A stretch of DNA of 64,000 bases from Magallana gigas (taxonomy: Eukaryota): NCBI RefSeq assembly GCF_963853765.1, contig NC_088858.1:29760001-29824000 (forward strand). The letters run 5' to 3'. Below are positions 39,201 to 51,100 of the stretch, one piece after another (within the stretch, counting starts at the first letter, position 1; every line of letters begins with the position of its first letter). A program made the position numbers and the translations under genes. The notes below the pieces were generated by a model, which did not search any database, had not been told where the DNA came from, and saw only the letters and a program-made list of their open reading frames with translations.

Positions 39201-40987
39201 GCCCTTTAATTATCAAAATTCATCCCGACGCCCAGGTGGGTACAATTGTATTATGACTTTAGCAATTGCTATAAACAAAGTCATTTTGTTTTGGAAAATC
39301 AAAAATAACCTTGTATACATTTTTATCTTTCTGAAGTTTGTTTTGTTTAAAATATGTGCCTTATATTCTAATTGAATGAACCCAATCATTCAGGGACTAA
39401 ACCAAATGGTTTCCTATTCTGAATATTCCCATGATGCATTTTTGTGTTTCCATAAAAAAAATTATATTTATTTTGAATATTTCTAACTTTGAAAAGAGAC
39501 TGATTCTGCTGCTGTAAATAAATAGGTGAAAGTCTATAACTTTCTAAAAGAATTGGTTTGTATGTAAAACTATCTGAGACAGTATTGTGATAGCCAAAAA
39601 AATCTGACCACGCAAGCTTTAAAAAATTCCTCTTTTACAGTTTCTTTATGTAAAATCTGCAATTAAAAACAAAACTAAACGCTGCATTTGAAATGCTGGG
39701 ATGTACTACATGTGGTAGATCATACAAGGAGCCTCACAAAAATGAACCCAGTTCTACATTCATTAACTTGATTTTATTCCTGTAAATTTGTGACTTTTCA
39801 GGAGAGGGATGGTAAGAAACTTACTTATAAAGGCAGCAAGTTTCACCGAGTTATCAGGGATTTTATGATCCAGGGTGGTGACTTTACTCGAGGAGATGGT
39901 ACAGGAGGTATGTGGTTACAAAGGCCGTAGCTATTAGCTATTTCCTTGTATTATTCTCACATATTTGGTAAATTGTAGAGAAAAATCCCATTATTGATGT
40001 TAGACACATCAACAAAGTTTTGTCTGCTGCAATGCATGACAATACCAAGTACTCCATTTCCCACGTTGACTTCATTTTGAGAAGAATTGTTATGTGGTTA
40101 AAACTGACAGTACATTTTTGTGACGCCAGGTAGAAGTATTTACGGAGAGAAATTTGCTGACGAGAACTTCAAGCTAAAGCACTATGGAGCAGGATGGCTC
40201 TCCATGGCTAACGCCGGCAAGGACACAAACGGATCTCAGTTCTTCATCACAGTCAAGAAAACAGAGTGGCTGGATGGCAGACATGTTGTGTTTGGAAAAA
40301 TCCTAGAAGGAATGGTGAGTTAATTAAGGAATAAGGAAATTATTCTTTGAGTATTATGAGGTGATAATTTTGGTCCGGGCGTGATCAAATCCAATAGAGC
40401 CCGAGGACTTTATGATAGATTTGATCACGCCCCAACCGAAATTATCTCCTCATAATATTCAAAGAATGATTCCTTATTACTTATATTTAAATAATTTTAA
40501 ACCATCGTACGATTAAATATTTAAATATAAATAAGCAAACCTCGCTGGCGCCTCAATTTGGCGTCATTTGAAGTTATAGGTTATATAGTACAAAATCGAT
40601 ACGTAGTGTTATCACAGGCAAAGACACTGGAAAATGTAAATATATGAGTTTAAAAGACATGTTTTAGATTTTTTTTTTTTTTTCAGTGAATCAGTGTCAA
40701 TGATTGTAGATATTAGTTTGTTTACTTTATTTAGGTCCTGCGTCTTTAATCATCTGTAAAATAGAATTTACATCATACATATCACTCCAATATCATTTTG
40801 GATGTTTTTTTGTTGTTGTTGAGAATTTCTTTAAAAAAATTATTGTTTTTCGCAGGATGTAGTAAGGAAGATTGAGAATAACCCCACAGCTGCCGGGGAC
40901 AAGCCAGTTAAGGAGGTGGAGATTAAAGACTGTGGATCTCTGCCTGTTGATTCTCCTTTTGCTGTAGAAAAAGAAGATGCTAAATAA
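36202..40987 (+). CDS. PPIB: Peptidyl-prolyl cis-trans isomerase B (cyclophilin B), ER/secreted; 209 aa
   Basis: Exons 36202-36291, 38694-38810, 39802-39907, 40130-40314, 40856-40987 (630 nt). Signal peptide [18 protein letters not shown] followed by [13 protein letters not shown]; motifs [28 protein letters not shown] and [27 protein letters not shown]. Confidence 0.97.
36697..37604. mobile_element. 908-bp non-autonomous hAT-type element with perfect 8-bp TSD, in PPIB intron 1
   Basis: TIR CATACTTGCCAAC ... GTTGGCAAGTATG; TSD CAGATAAT at 36689-36696 and 37605-37612; subterminal AAATCGGG repeats at the right end and AAATCTGGTCAT x2 at the left end. Confidence 0.92.
37874..38311. mobile_element. 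Palindrome-headed dispersed element with an exactly duplicated 70-bp hairpin core (GCGAAGC apex), in PPIB intron 1
   Basis: Outer arms TAAATAGTGCCTGTTTGGGAGGGTAACAGTTG / CAACTGTTATCCTCCCAAACAGGCACTATTTA; identical units 37913-37982 and 37983-38052. Confidence 0.85.
40331..40643. mobile_element. Palindrome-headed dispersed element (second family), in PPIB intron 4
   Basis: ~160-bp imperfect palindrome ATAAGGAA..ATTCTTTGAGTATTATGAGGTGATAATTT..GCGTGATCAAATC / GATTTGATCACGC..AAATTATCTCCTCATAATATTCAAAGAAT..TTCCTTAT, followed by a body ending AAAATGTAAATAT; older copy at 47230-47515. Confidence 0.8.
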
Positions 40988-42128
40988 ATTTTATATATTT
41001 TTTATTCAAATTTGCTTGTTATGAATATTTTCAGATGTTTCATTTTTTATAGTAATTCTGTTAAAAGTACTATGTGAATTGTTTGATATGAGGGCACGAG
41101 AGTTATCTTTCTTTATTGAGTATTCAGTTCTTTAAATACATAATAAATTTAATAATGTCAAAATTAAGTCATAGACAAATAGTTTATCACCAATGAGAAT
41201 TTAGTATCATTTTATAAATCATTTCTTTGTATGTTTGACAGACATATCAGCATTTCATTAAAGAAAAACAAAAAACGATATTTTTTTTCCTTGTTCAAAC
41301 AGCTAACATGTATCATATGTTTATCTAAGTAACAAATGTCAAGCCCATCAGCGTCACAAGCCTTACATGTGAGCTTTGTACACGGTACATGTATCGTAAT
41401 TGTGATTACATTGTCAAAAGTGTTCTAATCCGGCATTTTTATCTGTCTCTTGAGAATCACAGAGCTAAATTTAACCATGCCTAACATAGCACATTCTTGG
41501 GTAAAAGAATTTATTCTTTTTATTCAAATTTTAAAGGATTACTTTTACTCGGTGTTAAATGAAAAAATATTTTTACGTTGTTCAATTATACCTGAAGCCA
41601 AAAGTTTTAAATTAAAAACATAAAACGACACTGTTACAAACGAATATCGATATTGATATCCATGCTTTGTTTATTTGAGGAAGATATGCTACGACAACGG
41701 TAAATTTACGTGTATAATTATTGAAACAGGGAACTCGGACTAATTTTTCCATGTTTCTTTTTTTCTGTAGCAACATAATTGCAAACGTTAAGTTTCTATG
41801 AGATAGAATGACTCCTATTAGTTGAATTTTTTTTTCGTCCCTGAGTAATAAAACGTAATCCTTATGTGCCAAGCTCCTTCAAGTAGAGAACATTATGGAT
41901 AACGTGCTTTATAAAGATTTTTTTAACACCTTATATTAGGCAGATTCAGGTTCATGCCATAATTGAGAGGGGGGGGCATTGAGAAGACCCAAAAGGGGTT
42001 TCAAAATTTTTCATCTAAAATAACCATTTGAAAAGAAATGAGAAATCATTTCAGCAAATGAATTTATAGATGTCGCAACCTTACGGACAAGAAAGGAGCG
42101 CTGATGCACTGGAGGCCATACATTGTCT

Positions 42129-42162
42129 AACAAGCAGCCCGTGGACCACATATCTCACCTGA
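42129..42162. mobile_element. Helentron/HINE-like terminal remnant
   Basis: AACAAGCAGCCCGTGGACCACATATCTCACCTGA resembles the terminus at 29084-29114. Confidence 0.45.
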
Positions 42163-43222
42163 ACAAAGCAATACATATTTCATTTCTATATCCACGAGTC
42201 GTTTTACATCTGCGCCCACAAGACAGAACATTACGTTTCATGGGCCAAATCATCGTCATCCCTAAGTTACCATCAATTTTAATTTTAGAAATGATTTTAA
42301 TTTTAGAAATGATCAAGTGGTTGGGATCCCACTCCAAACCGTAGTATACTGTACATACATGTACTGCTTATGTCAAGATGCTGTGAAGTGTAAGTTTGGC
42401 AGGTACCCGGGTTCTTCCCTCATTGCTTCTTTACGTGATCTTAAATCATCCAAGAGCTTTTATCTGAAATCTGAGCCTTACACATTTATTTTTAAAACTA
42501 AATGCAGGTCTTCTTAAACGGTTGGACCAGTTGACCTCTTTGCTACATGATAAATCGCAAGACTGGGTATTCATTTGGTTTTACTGTATTATTGAATAGT
42601 TAAAATTTAACCGTTTAGTATATACATGTACTTATTTGTAAATATGATTTTTTTTCTATTATACTATTTATACATGTATATCACAAAATGGTAAGTGTAC
42701 ATCGACACTGCATGAACAATTTTCTATCTAATTATAAATGTCGATTCTAAAAACTATTGCATACCAAATGCTAACAAAGGGAAAGAAAGATAGAAGGGCC
42801 TCTTTGATTAGTGTCCATTTGTTTTTGCTATTTGAAGTGGACTGTGAAGTAAATGACCAGGAGTGAAAAACGAAACGGAAACTACAATTTAGATGAGCAC
42901 GTGCTAGTCGAAGTTAACGTAAAAAACGAAAGTTTTTTTGGAGTTTTTTTAAAGTTAGAAGGTAAAACGGCATTGTTTATATTAAATTAGGTAGCAGTTT
43001 ATTTAAAAATAAGTGCATATATTTCCGATCTTTAATTATGTTTTATAAAAATAACTGAATCAGCCACTTGGCATTTTGAAAAAATCCTTATAACGGGTTT
43101 CCCGTTTACTGTCAAGTGTGAAATCAAAATTGGGAACACGAGGAAGGTGTTTCTAGAAATTAACACATTAACTGGTACATATAGCGTGTCTGGCTTTATC
43201 ATAGGATACTTGGACCAGACTA

Positions 43223-45020
43223 ATGGCTTTTTTAAGACGTGTGTATGTCGTATTCCTTGGATTCCTGGGACTGCTGATTTCCATTGGCTTCCGATCCGTG
43301 TTTTCGATGATAATGGTACATGTCGTCAAATCTAACCAGGGCGAGAAGGAGGGGCTCTTTGGAAAGGTATGTGTAAGACAATAAAATAATTGTTATTTAC
43401 CTGTATAAGAGCGTCTATGGTCAAAAGTTGCAGTGTAAGCCTTCCCTGAACTATGGCATTTTACCTTCGAAAAATCTGATTAAGCAAATTATAGTGTCTT
43501 ACATTATTGTGTCTTATGTATATTCACGTAGTTTGAAACAAAAACTAGATGGGGTTTTTTTAAGTGAACTTTTGTTTCTTGATGTTTTTTTTTTTTTTAG
43601 TGAACTTTTGTTTCTCATCCTATTTAAGTGAGATGACAAAACAGGATGTAATTCACCAAATTGAATAATGTATTCAATAACCTACTTTTGTCCCCTAATA
43701 ATTATTTCAAGAGCGATTCATAATATAACTTTCGAGCTGAGACTACGGAATCTATGCATATTTTACTCGAAACCAGCGTCACTTTTAGCTGGTTTCAATG
43801 CAAGAAATAGATAGTTACATTCTACCGAAAGTCCAAGGTCTTATTAAATGGCTCTATATACATGTAATTGCATATCGTTTTTTTGTAAGTCGAAGCATAT
43901 CGCATGCACAAATATATATTAACTGATTACAACAAATCATATGTATATACTCTAGTATTTATACAGACATTTTTCGATATTGAAATACGGAAGTATTTGT
44001 ATGACATTGTATACTAAGTATCGATAATAATTCTCTAAGCGACCAATCTTGTAGTATATGAGGATATTGTCTTCTATCTACGCGCATAACAATTGTATTA
44101 AGTGCTAAACACTCTTATTATTAGAGCCGTTTTAACAACAGCTTGGACTTTGGACAGTACTTGACAAATTCCGATTTGATGAAGAAGGGGTCTTTTTATG
44201 GTTTTCATTGGCAAGCTGCATGCAGGTCTGTAGCTCCCGGTCTGTAAAAATATTCGTATGGACTGGGTCGTCCATCCCAATTTTTTCAGACTGGAAGCTA
44301 CAGACCTGCTGCTAGTCTTTGGCTGATAGATACGAATGCATTGAACGCAATGAACTTGTCTGACTCCATCCAAGGCTGTAGTATTTCAGTTAAAACTGCA
44401 TGAATTTCACACAACAGAGCTGTTCTTGTAGAAAAAAACTTTCTGATTTTGACAGTCTATGAAAGCCAATATTAATGAGCTTCTCTTAGCCAGTTAGAAG
44501 ACAGGATGTCAATATTTGACGGCTTGTATTAATGATCAAACAAGTTCGTAACATCCCACCGAAAGTCCAAGCTATTGTTAAAACGGCTTAATAAGTATTT
44601 ATTTATTTTATTTATTAATGATTATTTTGCACCAGTTGTTAGAAGACAGGAGGTCAATATCCGACAGCTTGTATTGATGATCAAACAAGATTGTAACATC
44701 CCACCGAAAGTCCAAGCTATTGTTAAAACGGCTTAATAAGTATTTATTTATTTTATTTATTTATATATTTAATAAGTATATAAATAAATAAAATTAGTTT
44801 GCACTTAAAGATGTGTCAACAACACAATATGCCCCCAGGATAACCTAAGTATCAAAACAATCTATTGTTATAAGAAGTGCTAAACACCCCAATCCCCTTC
44901 CCTATGCTATGTCCCAATAGAATAGGGGACAGACATGCACCTTTAAGGGCAAAATGAATGCACTGTCCATCCATGATGAAAATCAGAATCACTTCCAATA
45001 TTATAACCCATTTGAAAATA

Positions 45021-45114
<94 letters not shown>

Positions 45115-48100
45115 TGTACATGTACATGTATGTTAAGTACATTAGTTAGGACTGAAAATACAAGATTCATGTATTTTTTCTATTTTTTCACTTAATATAT
45201 CCTAAGATAAAGATTGTCAAACAATCTTTCAGTCCCAGCTTCCACTGCACCTGTAGAACGTATATTTTCCAACTAATAGGATGCAGTTAAAAGATGAAAC
45301 CTTTGAAACTTTGATCATAAAGTGCAACAGCAATCTTTTGTCTTAAAGTGTCCTCAGCATAAAGAAATCCGATTAAAATATATTAAGAAATATAACTGGG
45401 AAAAACCCTCTGTCTATAAATTAATACAATTAAATGTCCAAAATTATAAAGACTGTGTTATCTAGGGAAATATCTCTATTTAGCTTTTTAATAACCGCAA
45501 CATTATTCCATAAATTGTTCTCTATTATGCACGAATTCTGTGTCTCTATATCATATCTGACATTGTATCATGCCAAATGTCTATAAATATCTTTTTACTT
45601 ATGTAATATGTTGTTCATAATGCCACAAGATTATTATATATTGAGCAAATAAAGAATGACTCTTGTAATGGTGATGGTAATGCATTACTTTACTCATGTA
45701 ATGGTAATATAATGCATTACTTCAAGAAAATCAAGTAATGGTAATGGTAATTTAATGCCCAGATTCATGAAATAATTGTAATGTAATGCATCACTTTACA
45801 ATGTAATTCGCCCCAAGCCTGATATTTATTATCTATTTATCATTATTTTGCACCAGTTGTTACATATTTATGCTCGTTGACGAGCAGTTTAAATCCTAAA
45901 TGGTCTAATTTCAATTTTAATGTTAATGCATTGATTAAGGAAATCTTTTTTTTTTATATAAGTGACATATTTTATCTTTGGGCGTATGTGTGTAAAGACG
46001 CCATGGTTTTAAATTACGAAGTAAATGAAAATTATCTGAATTGATATGTCTTTAATGTTCTCAATTTTGAAGAACAGATATCTACTTGGTAAAGTCTAAA
46101 TATGTGAAGATATTATATTTTCTATTTAATATGAACTTTGCAAATGTTAAAGATGTATGATAAGATTTTGTTTTGCAGTTAAAGATTAATAAGTGGCAAT
46201 TCATCTGAGGCTCTTCCAAACTCAAACTCAAAGAAATATCAATATATAACAAAGAAGTCGACTTGTTCTTTATATTGCTTTACATACATGCACATCCCGA
46301 TAAATATCAGATAGAGGACAATGAAACCAAAGTAATAATGTGTTATTTCATTTTAAAATAAACTGATGTAAATAATTGTTTTCTCTCATATGTGCCGTGT
46401 TCGGACCCTTTATTTTGGACCCAATGAGGAAACTTGTAAAATATTTACTACGCCTTAATTTTTATCACACAAATTAAGATATGTAAACCCAGCTGAGAGC
46501 TTTTCCATACTTTGATAACAAGTTGGCTTTGTGTTATTATCTAATAAATACATGTGCATTCTTGTTGTTTTGGGATAAATTAATAAAAACATATAAACCT
46601 CTAGTTTATTTTTTCCTTTTCAGTGCAATGTGAACGGCACTGCCCGAGATCTAAGCGTGACCTATTCCGTCTCAGACACGCAGTTCTTCCAGTCCGCCTA
46701 CTTTTTCGGCTCGTTCCTCATGCAGCTCCCCGGGGGGTATCTGGCCACCCGGTTCTCACCCAGAAGGTACAGAAGATTGTCTCAGAGCTTTGTTACATGT
46801 ACTATAATGAAAAAAGCGTCACATTTAACTTGTTTTTGTTGCAAGAAAAAAAAAGGTTTCATCCCACCGAATTTCCAAGGTTTTGTTAAAATGGTTCTAT
46901 GAATTTCAAGATACCGTTTGTAAATGCAGGTGCATTAATGCTATATTAAATGTTAACAGTAATCTTATTGACAAGAACGGTAAACGGTTTAATATTTACA
47001 TGTTCATGTACTTTTTTTTCAAAATCCTGATTGACAGGGTTTGTGGATTATCGATATTGATTAGCAGTGTTCTGATGATCGTGCTGCCGTTCCCGATCCA
47101 ATACATCCAAAACCCGGCTCCAGTGTTCATCATTCGCTTTCTCCAAGGCTTAGTGGAGGTATTAAAGAAATATAAATGTTATAAAATATTTTATTCATAA
47201 TAAAAAATATTTATGAATATATACAAGAAATAAGGAATCAAATTTTGAGTATTATGAGGTGATCGAATACGATCGGCTTTGATCAAATCTATCATAAAAC
47301 TCTTATTGGAGTTCACACTTCCGAATTTGAACACCATGATACACAAAGAATGATTCCTCATTACTTAAAAATAATTTTCACCATTAGTTCGATTAAATAT
47401 TAAATTATTGACATTATGATGAAAGTCACTTGCGTCATTGATGAATTATATTGCAGTGGACAGTGGACAAATTTGATATGTAGTGTTATCACAAAGACAC
47501 TAAAAATGTAAATACATGGTATATAACAACACATATCTTATTACGGAAACAGATACCAAAATCACTTTTAAAGATTACAATGTTCATTATCGATAATGAT
47601 GCATTTAAACGTACATGTATGAGCTTTAAAAGGGCGTGGTCACGATTTTTGTCAAAAATTATTTTTTCCGATTTTACTGTTTACAATGCTTAACTTAAGG
47701 CAACCCAAATTTGAGTGTCATTCGTTGAGTTACAAGCGAGTTACAGACCTTACAATTCTTTGCTATGTAAACAAAGCTTTTGTTTATATTTTGAATGTTG
47801 ATGTAAAAACTCCAGATTTAGACCAAAAATGAATGTGTAAAACGTGAGTAAGTGTTTCTTTATGCTTATAATGAATTAGAAGATAACCAAATCAGCTTGA
47901 AAAAGTTTTTTTTACTGGTATATTGAACCTTTGTAAACAAAAACAAAGCACGAACCTTGTTTACATAACAAAGAATTGAGAGCCCTGTATACTGCTAATA
48001 ATTCTAAGACTGACTCTCAAATTCCATTTGTTTATTAGAGATGCATTCCTAAAGCATTGCAAATAATAAAAACAGAAAAATAGAATTTGACCAAAACCGT

Positions 48101-51100
48101 GACCATGCCCCTATTAGTCTGGTACCCGCCCCGCCACTGCGTTTTCACTTCGTTTTGGGTGGCGGGGGCGGGTAACAGACTATGTTCTTATAAACATTAA
48201 ACATGTGTACAAGTAACGTCTAAATCTGTTTAACCTGAGACGATCTTAAGAAATTGTACATTTTGTGGGTGCGACATGTGGCTGAATCAAATAATGATGT
48301 TTGTTATTACAGGGTTGGTCTGTCCCGGCGATGAATGGTGTTATATCTGCTTGGGCCCCGAAATCCGAAAAAAGTAGAATGGTCACCTTCGTGTATGCGG
48401 GTAAAGAAATTCAATTTATTTCATATTCAAAGTAGATACATGTACAACTATAGATTTAAATATTCGGTTCATTAAAGTGTCCTCTGGTAACGAGGGCATG
48501 CCCTGATTTAAGTTATTACGTATATTACATGCATATATAATTAAGAGTAATCTCCACTCAGGATCTTTTGGTTCAAAACATGTTTATTCTTACATGTATA
48601 TAGAGTATGTATAGAATGCAATTATACATTTATATGTAATTTAGACTGACTATATAATAGTATATAATTCAAAACATTGAAACATAAAATGCACATGAAC
48701 AATGTTTTATAACTGACCATAAGTCATCAAAGTTCTATCGTATCGTTTCATTCCTATCTGGTCATTATGACATTTGAATGCGCGGTTTCAAAAATTATTT
48801 GTCGGGGGGGGGGGGGGGGGGGGTCCGACTGTTATTTGAGTTGGCCAGGGAGTCCGATGCATAATTTTTTGGTAATTTCAAAATGTAATTTAAAGAAATT
48901 TGAATTTTGCAAGAGGGGGTCTGGAACCCCCCCCCCCCCGGTAGATCCGCGCATGCATTTGGTCTATATTCTTGTTATAGGAGCGTACCTGAGCCCCGCC
49001 CTAGCTATGGTGCTCACCGGGGTCTCTGCTTGCTGGGTCTCCTGGAACGCCAGCCTGTTTCTGTATGGTGAGGAGGTCCAAACGCATGAATTTCAAAGGA
49101 ATTTTTTTTCAAATTTTGCTTAAATCGTTTTACTGTGAAATCCTTTGATTTTGACATAACAGTTTACTTTTCTCAAACATTTGCATACATACGTTTTTTT
49201 CTTAAAGGTGGTTTGGGTGTCATTTGGTCCTTTGCATGGGTGTGCACTATATATGATACTCCCACTTTGCACCCGGGCCTTCATAGATCGGAAACAGATG
49301 TGTTCTCAAAGGAAGGAGCTAATGTTTCCAAGGGATCTCAAAGCGTGGTAAGGAGCAAGGTTTTTATGGTTGACACAGTTGGTTTACTGAAGGTGCTTTA
49401 CACTCGTACTAACAGCAATCAGGAAGTGTTGCATTCTTTTAAAGGCTCAAAGAATACCTTGGTCAAAGATTTTGAGATCGCTTCCGGTCTGGGCTATCAT
49501 TTTTGGGAGTTTCTGCCGCAACTGGATATTCTCCATGATGATTACCCAGGTGCCTCAGTATTTTAAGGACGCTTTCAATAAGGATATTGCTACAGTAAGT
49601 TAGGTCTTGTTTTAATTTCGGGTGGAAATATCAAAGTTTTACTTTTTTTTCTTAAAAACTGGCATTATGCAAATAGTGATATGCAGAAAAGAAATACTGT
49701 CAGGCTGACACATACACAAACATAATATAATAGACTAGTGTAATTTAGTAGATAGTATATGTACATGTACTTAAACAATATATGCTTTATTGGGTGATTC
49801 ATTTGGGATATGAAGGTAGCGACATTGCAGAAAAAATGCATAACCCGCGTTAGAGGGTCATATGAAGTTTTTTCTGCAATGATCGCTACCTTCAAAACCC
49901 GCATGAATCATCAAAGAAAGCTTTATATTGTTTATATCAACATCTTTCTTTAAACCAATTAATGAATTGATTATGAAAAGTTAGTAAAATTCACTAAATT
50001 ATTGTTAATGAACATAAGTACGCTAGCTAGAAGAAACAGCCAAATCGTCTCTTGTGAGATTTTGAGTCTGATATCATCATGATTATTTCGTGCAGTACGT
50101 GATTTCTCTTAGGTCGCTGCGCTGTAGCTTTCAACCAATCAATGAACAGGGCATGTCAATTTCAGTCCTGTCAGTTTTAGCCGCTGTAGATATCGACCAA
50201 TTGACAAATGGGGCGTGTAGATTTCAGTCTGGCTGTTTATATAGAGCTATGAATTAACTACGAGTTTCCGTAAGAAATAGAGGGAATCATACTTGGTAGA
50301 TGTAAATATATGAAATTGAAAATTGGAAAAGTATCTGTATATTATTATTTCTTCGAAAATCACACAAATTATTATAGATAGGCATGGTGGGCTTCTGTAA
50401 GTGTTACAATTGCTGGTTTGCTCGTTATAAAAAAATAGTAAACAATAGAAGAAGATTTTTTTCTGACAAGCAAAAGGGACGTTAGGTTCGTCACGTTGTG
50501 GACATTGGATATATTCATTATGATTTCGTTCTCAGATTGGATTCACGGCAGCGTTGCCTGAGGTACTGATGACCATCGTTACAATATCGGGAGGGGTGTT
50601 CATCGACAAGTTAATCAAACACAATCTATTGTCTACTTCACATGGACGGAAGCTAGCGCAGTGCATGGGTAGGTCGTTTTACCATAAAAAACAAAAACAA
50701 ACCTGAAATTCGTTACTCGGATTAGTCAGAGTTGCATCAATGAATAAGGAAAATGTGTCGATCAGGAATATTATTTAGTTCTACATAACAGGTACGTCGA
50801 CGATATAAACTACTTTTTCTGTTCTAGGATTTGGAATCGAGGCTCTCTGTTTGATTGGATTACGATTTGTTGAAACCAGCGAGATAGCTCTGACGCTGCT
50901 CAGTGTAGGGGTGGGTTTCAGTGGTTTGGCTATTTCTGGATACCAAGTTAACCCCCTTGATCTCGCCCCTCAGTACGTCAGTATCTTAACAGGCCTCTCA
51001 CGTCTGGGCACGCTGGGTGCCATCCTCAGCACCTTCGTAGCTGGAAAGTTACATCAAAATGTAAGTTTTGCACATGGCTAATTGATAGAACCATTGTCAA

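Noticed and set aside
44852-45170. ERERER/SLSLSL ORFs (also at 15998-16243, 24954-25180) and poly-Phe ORFs at 22589-22859
   Set aside because: Translations of microsatellites and low-complexity tracts.
49135-49566. 143-aa ORF as a single coding unit
   Set aside because: Only 49208-49347 is SLC17 exon in this frame; the next exon (49445-49594) is in another frame.
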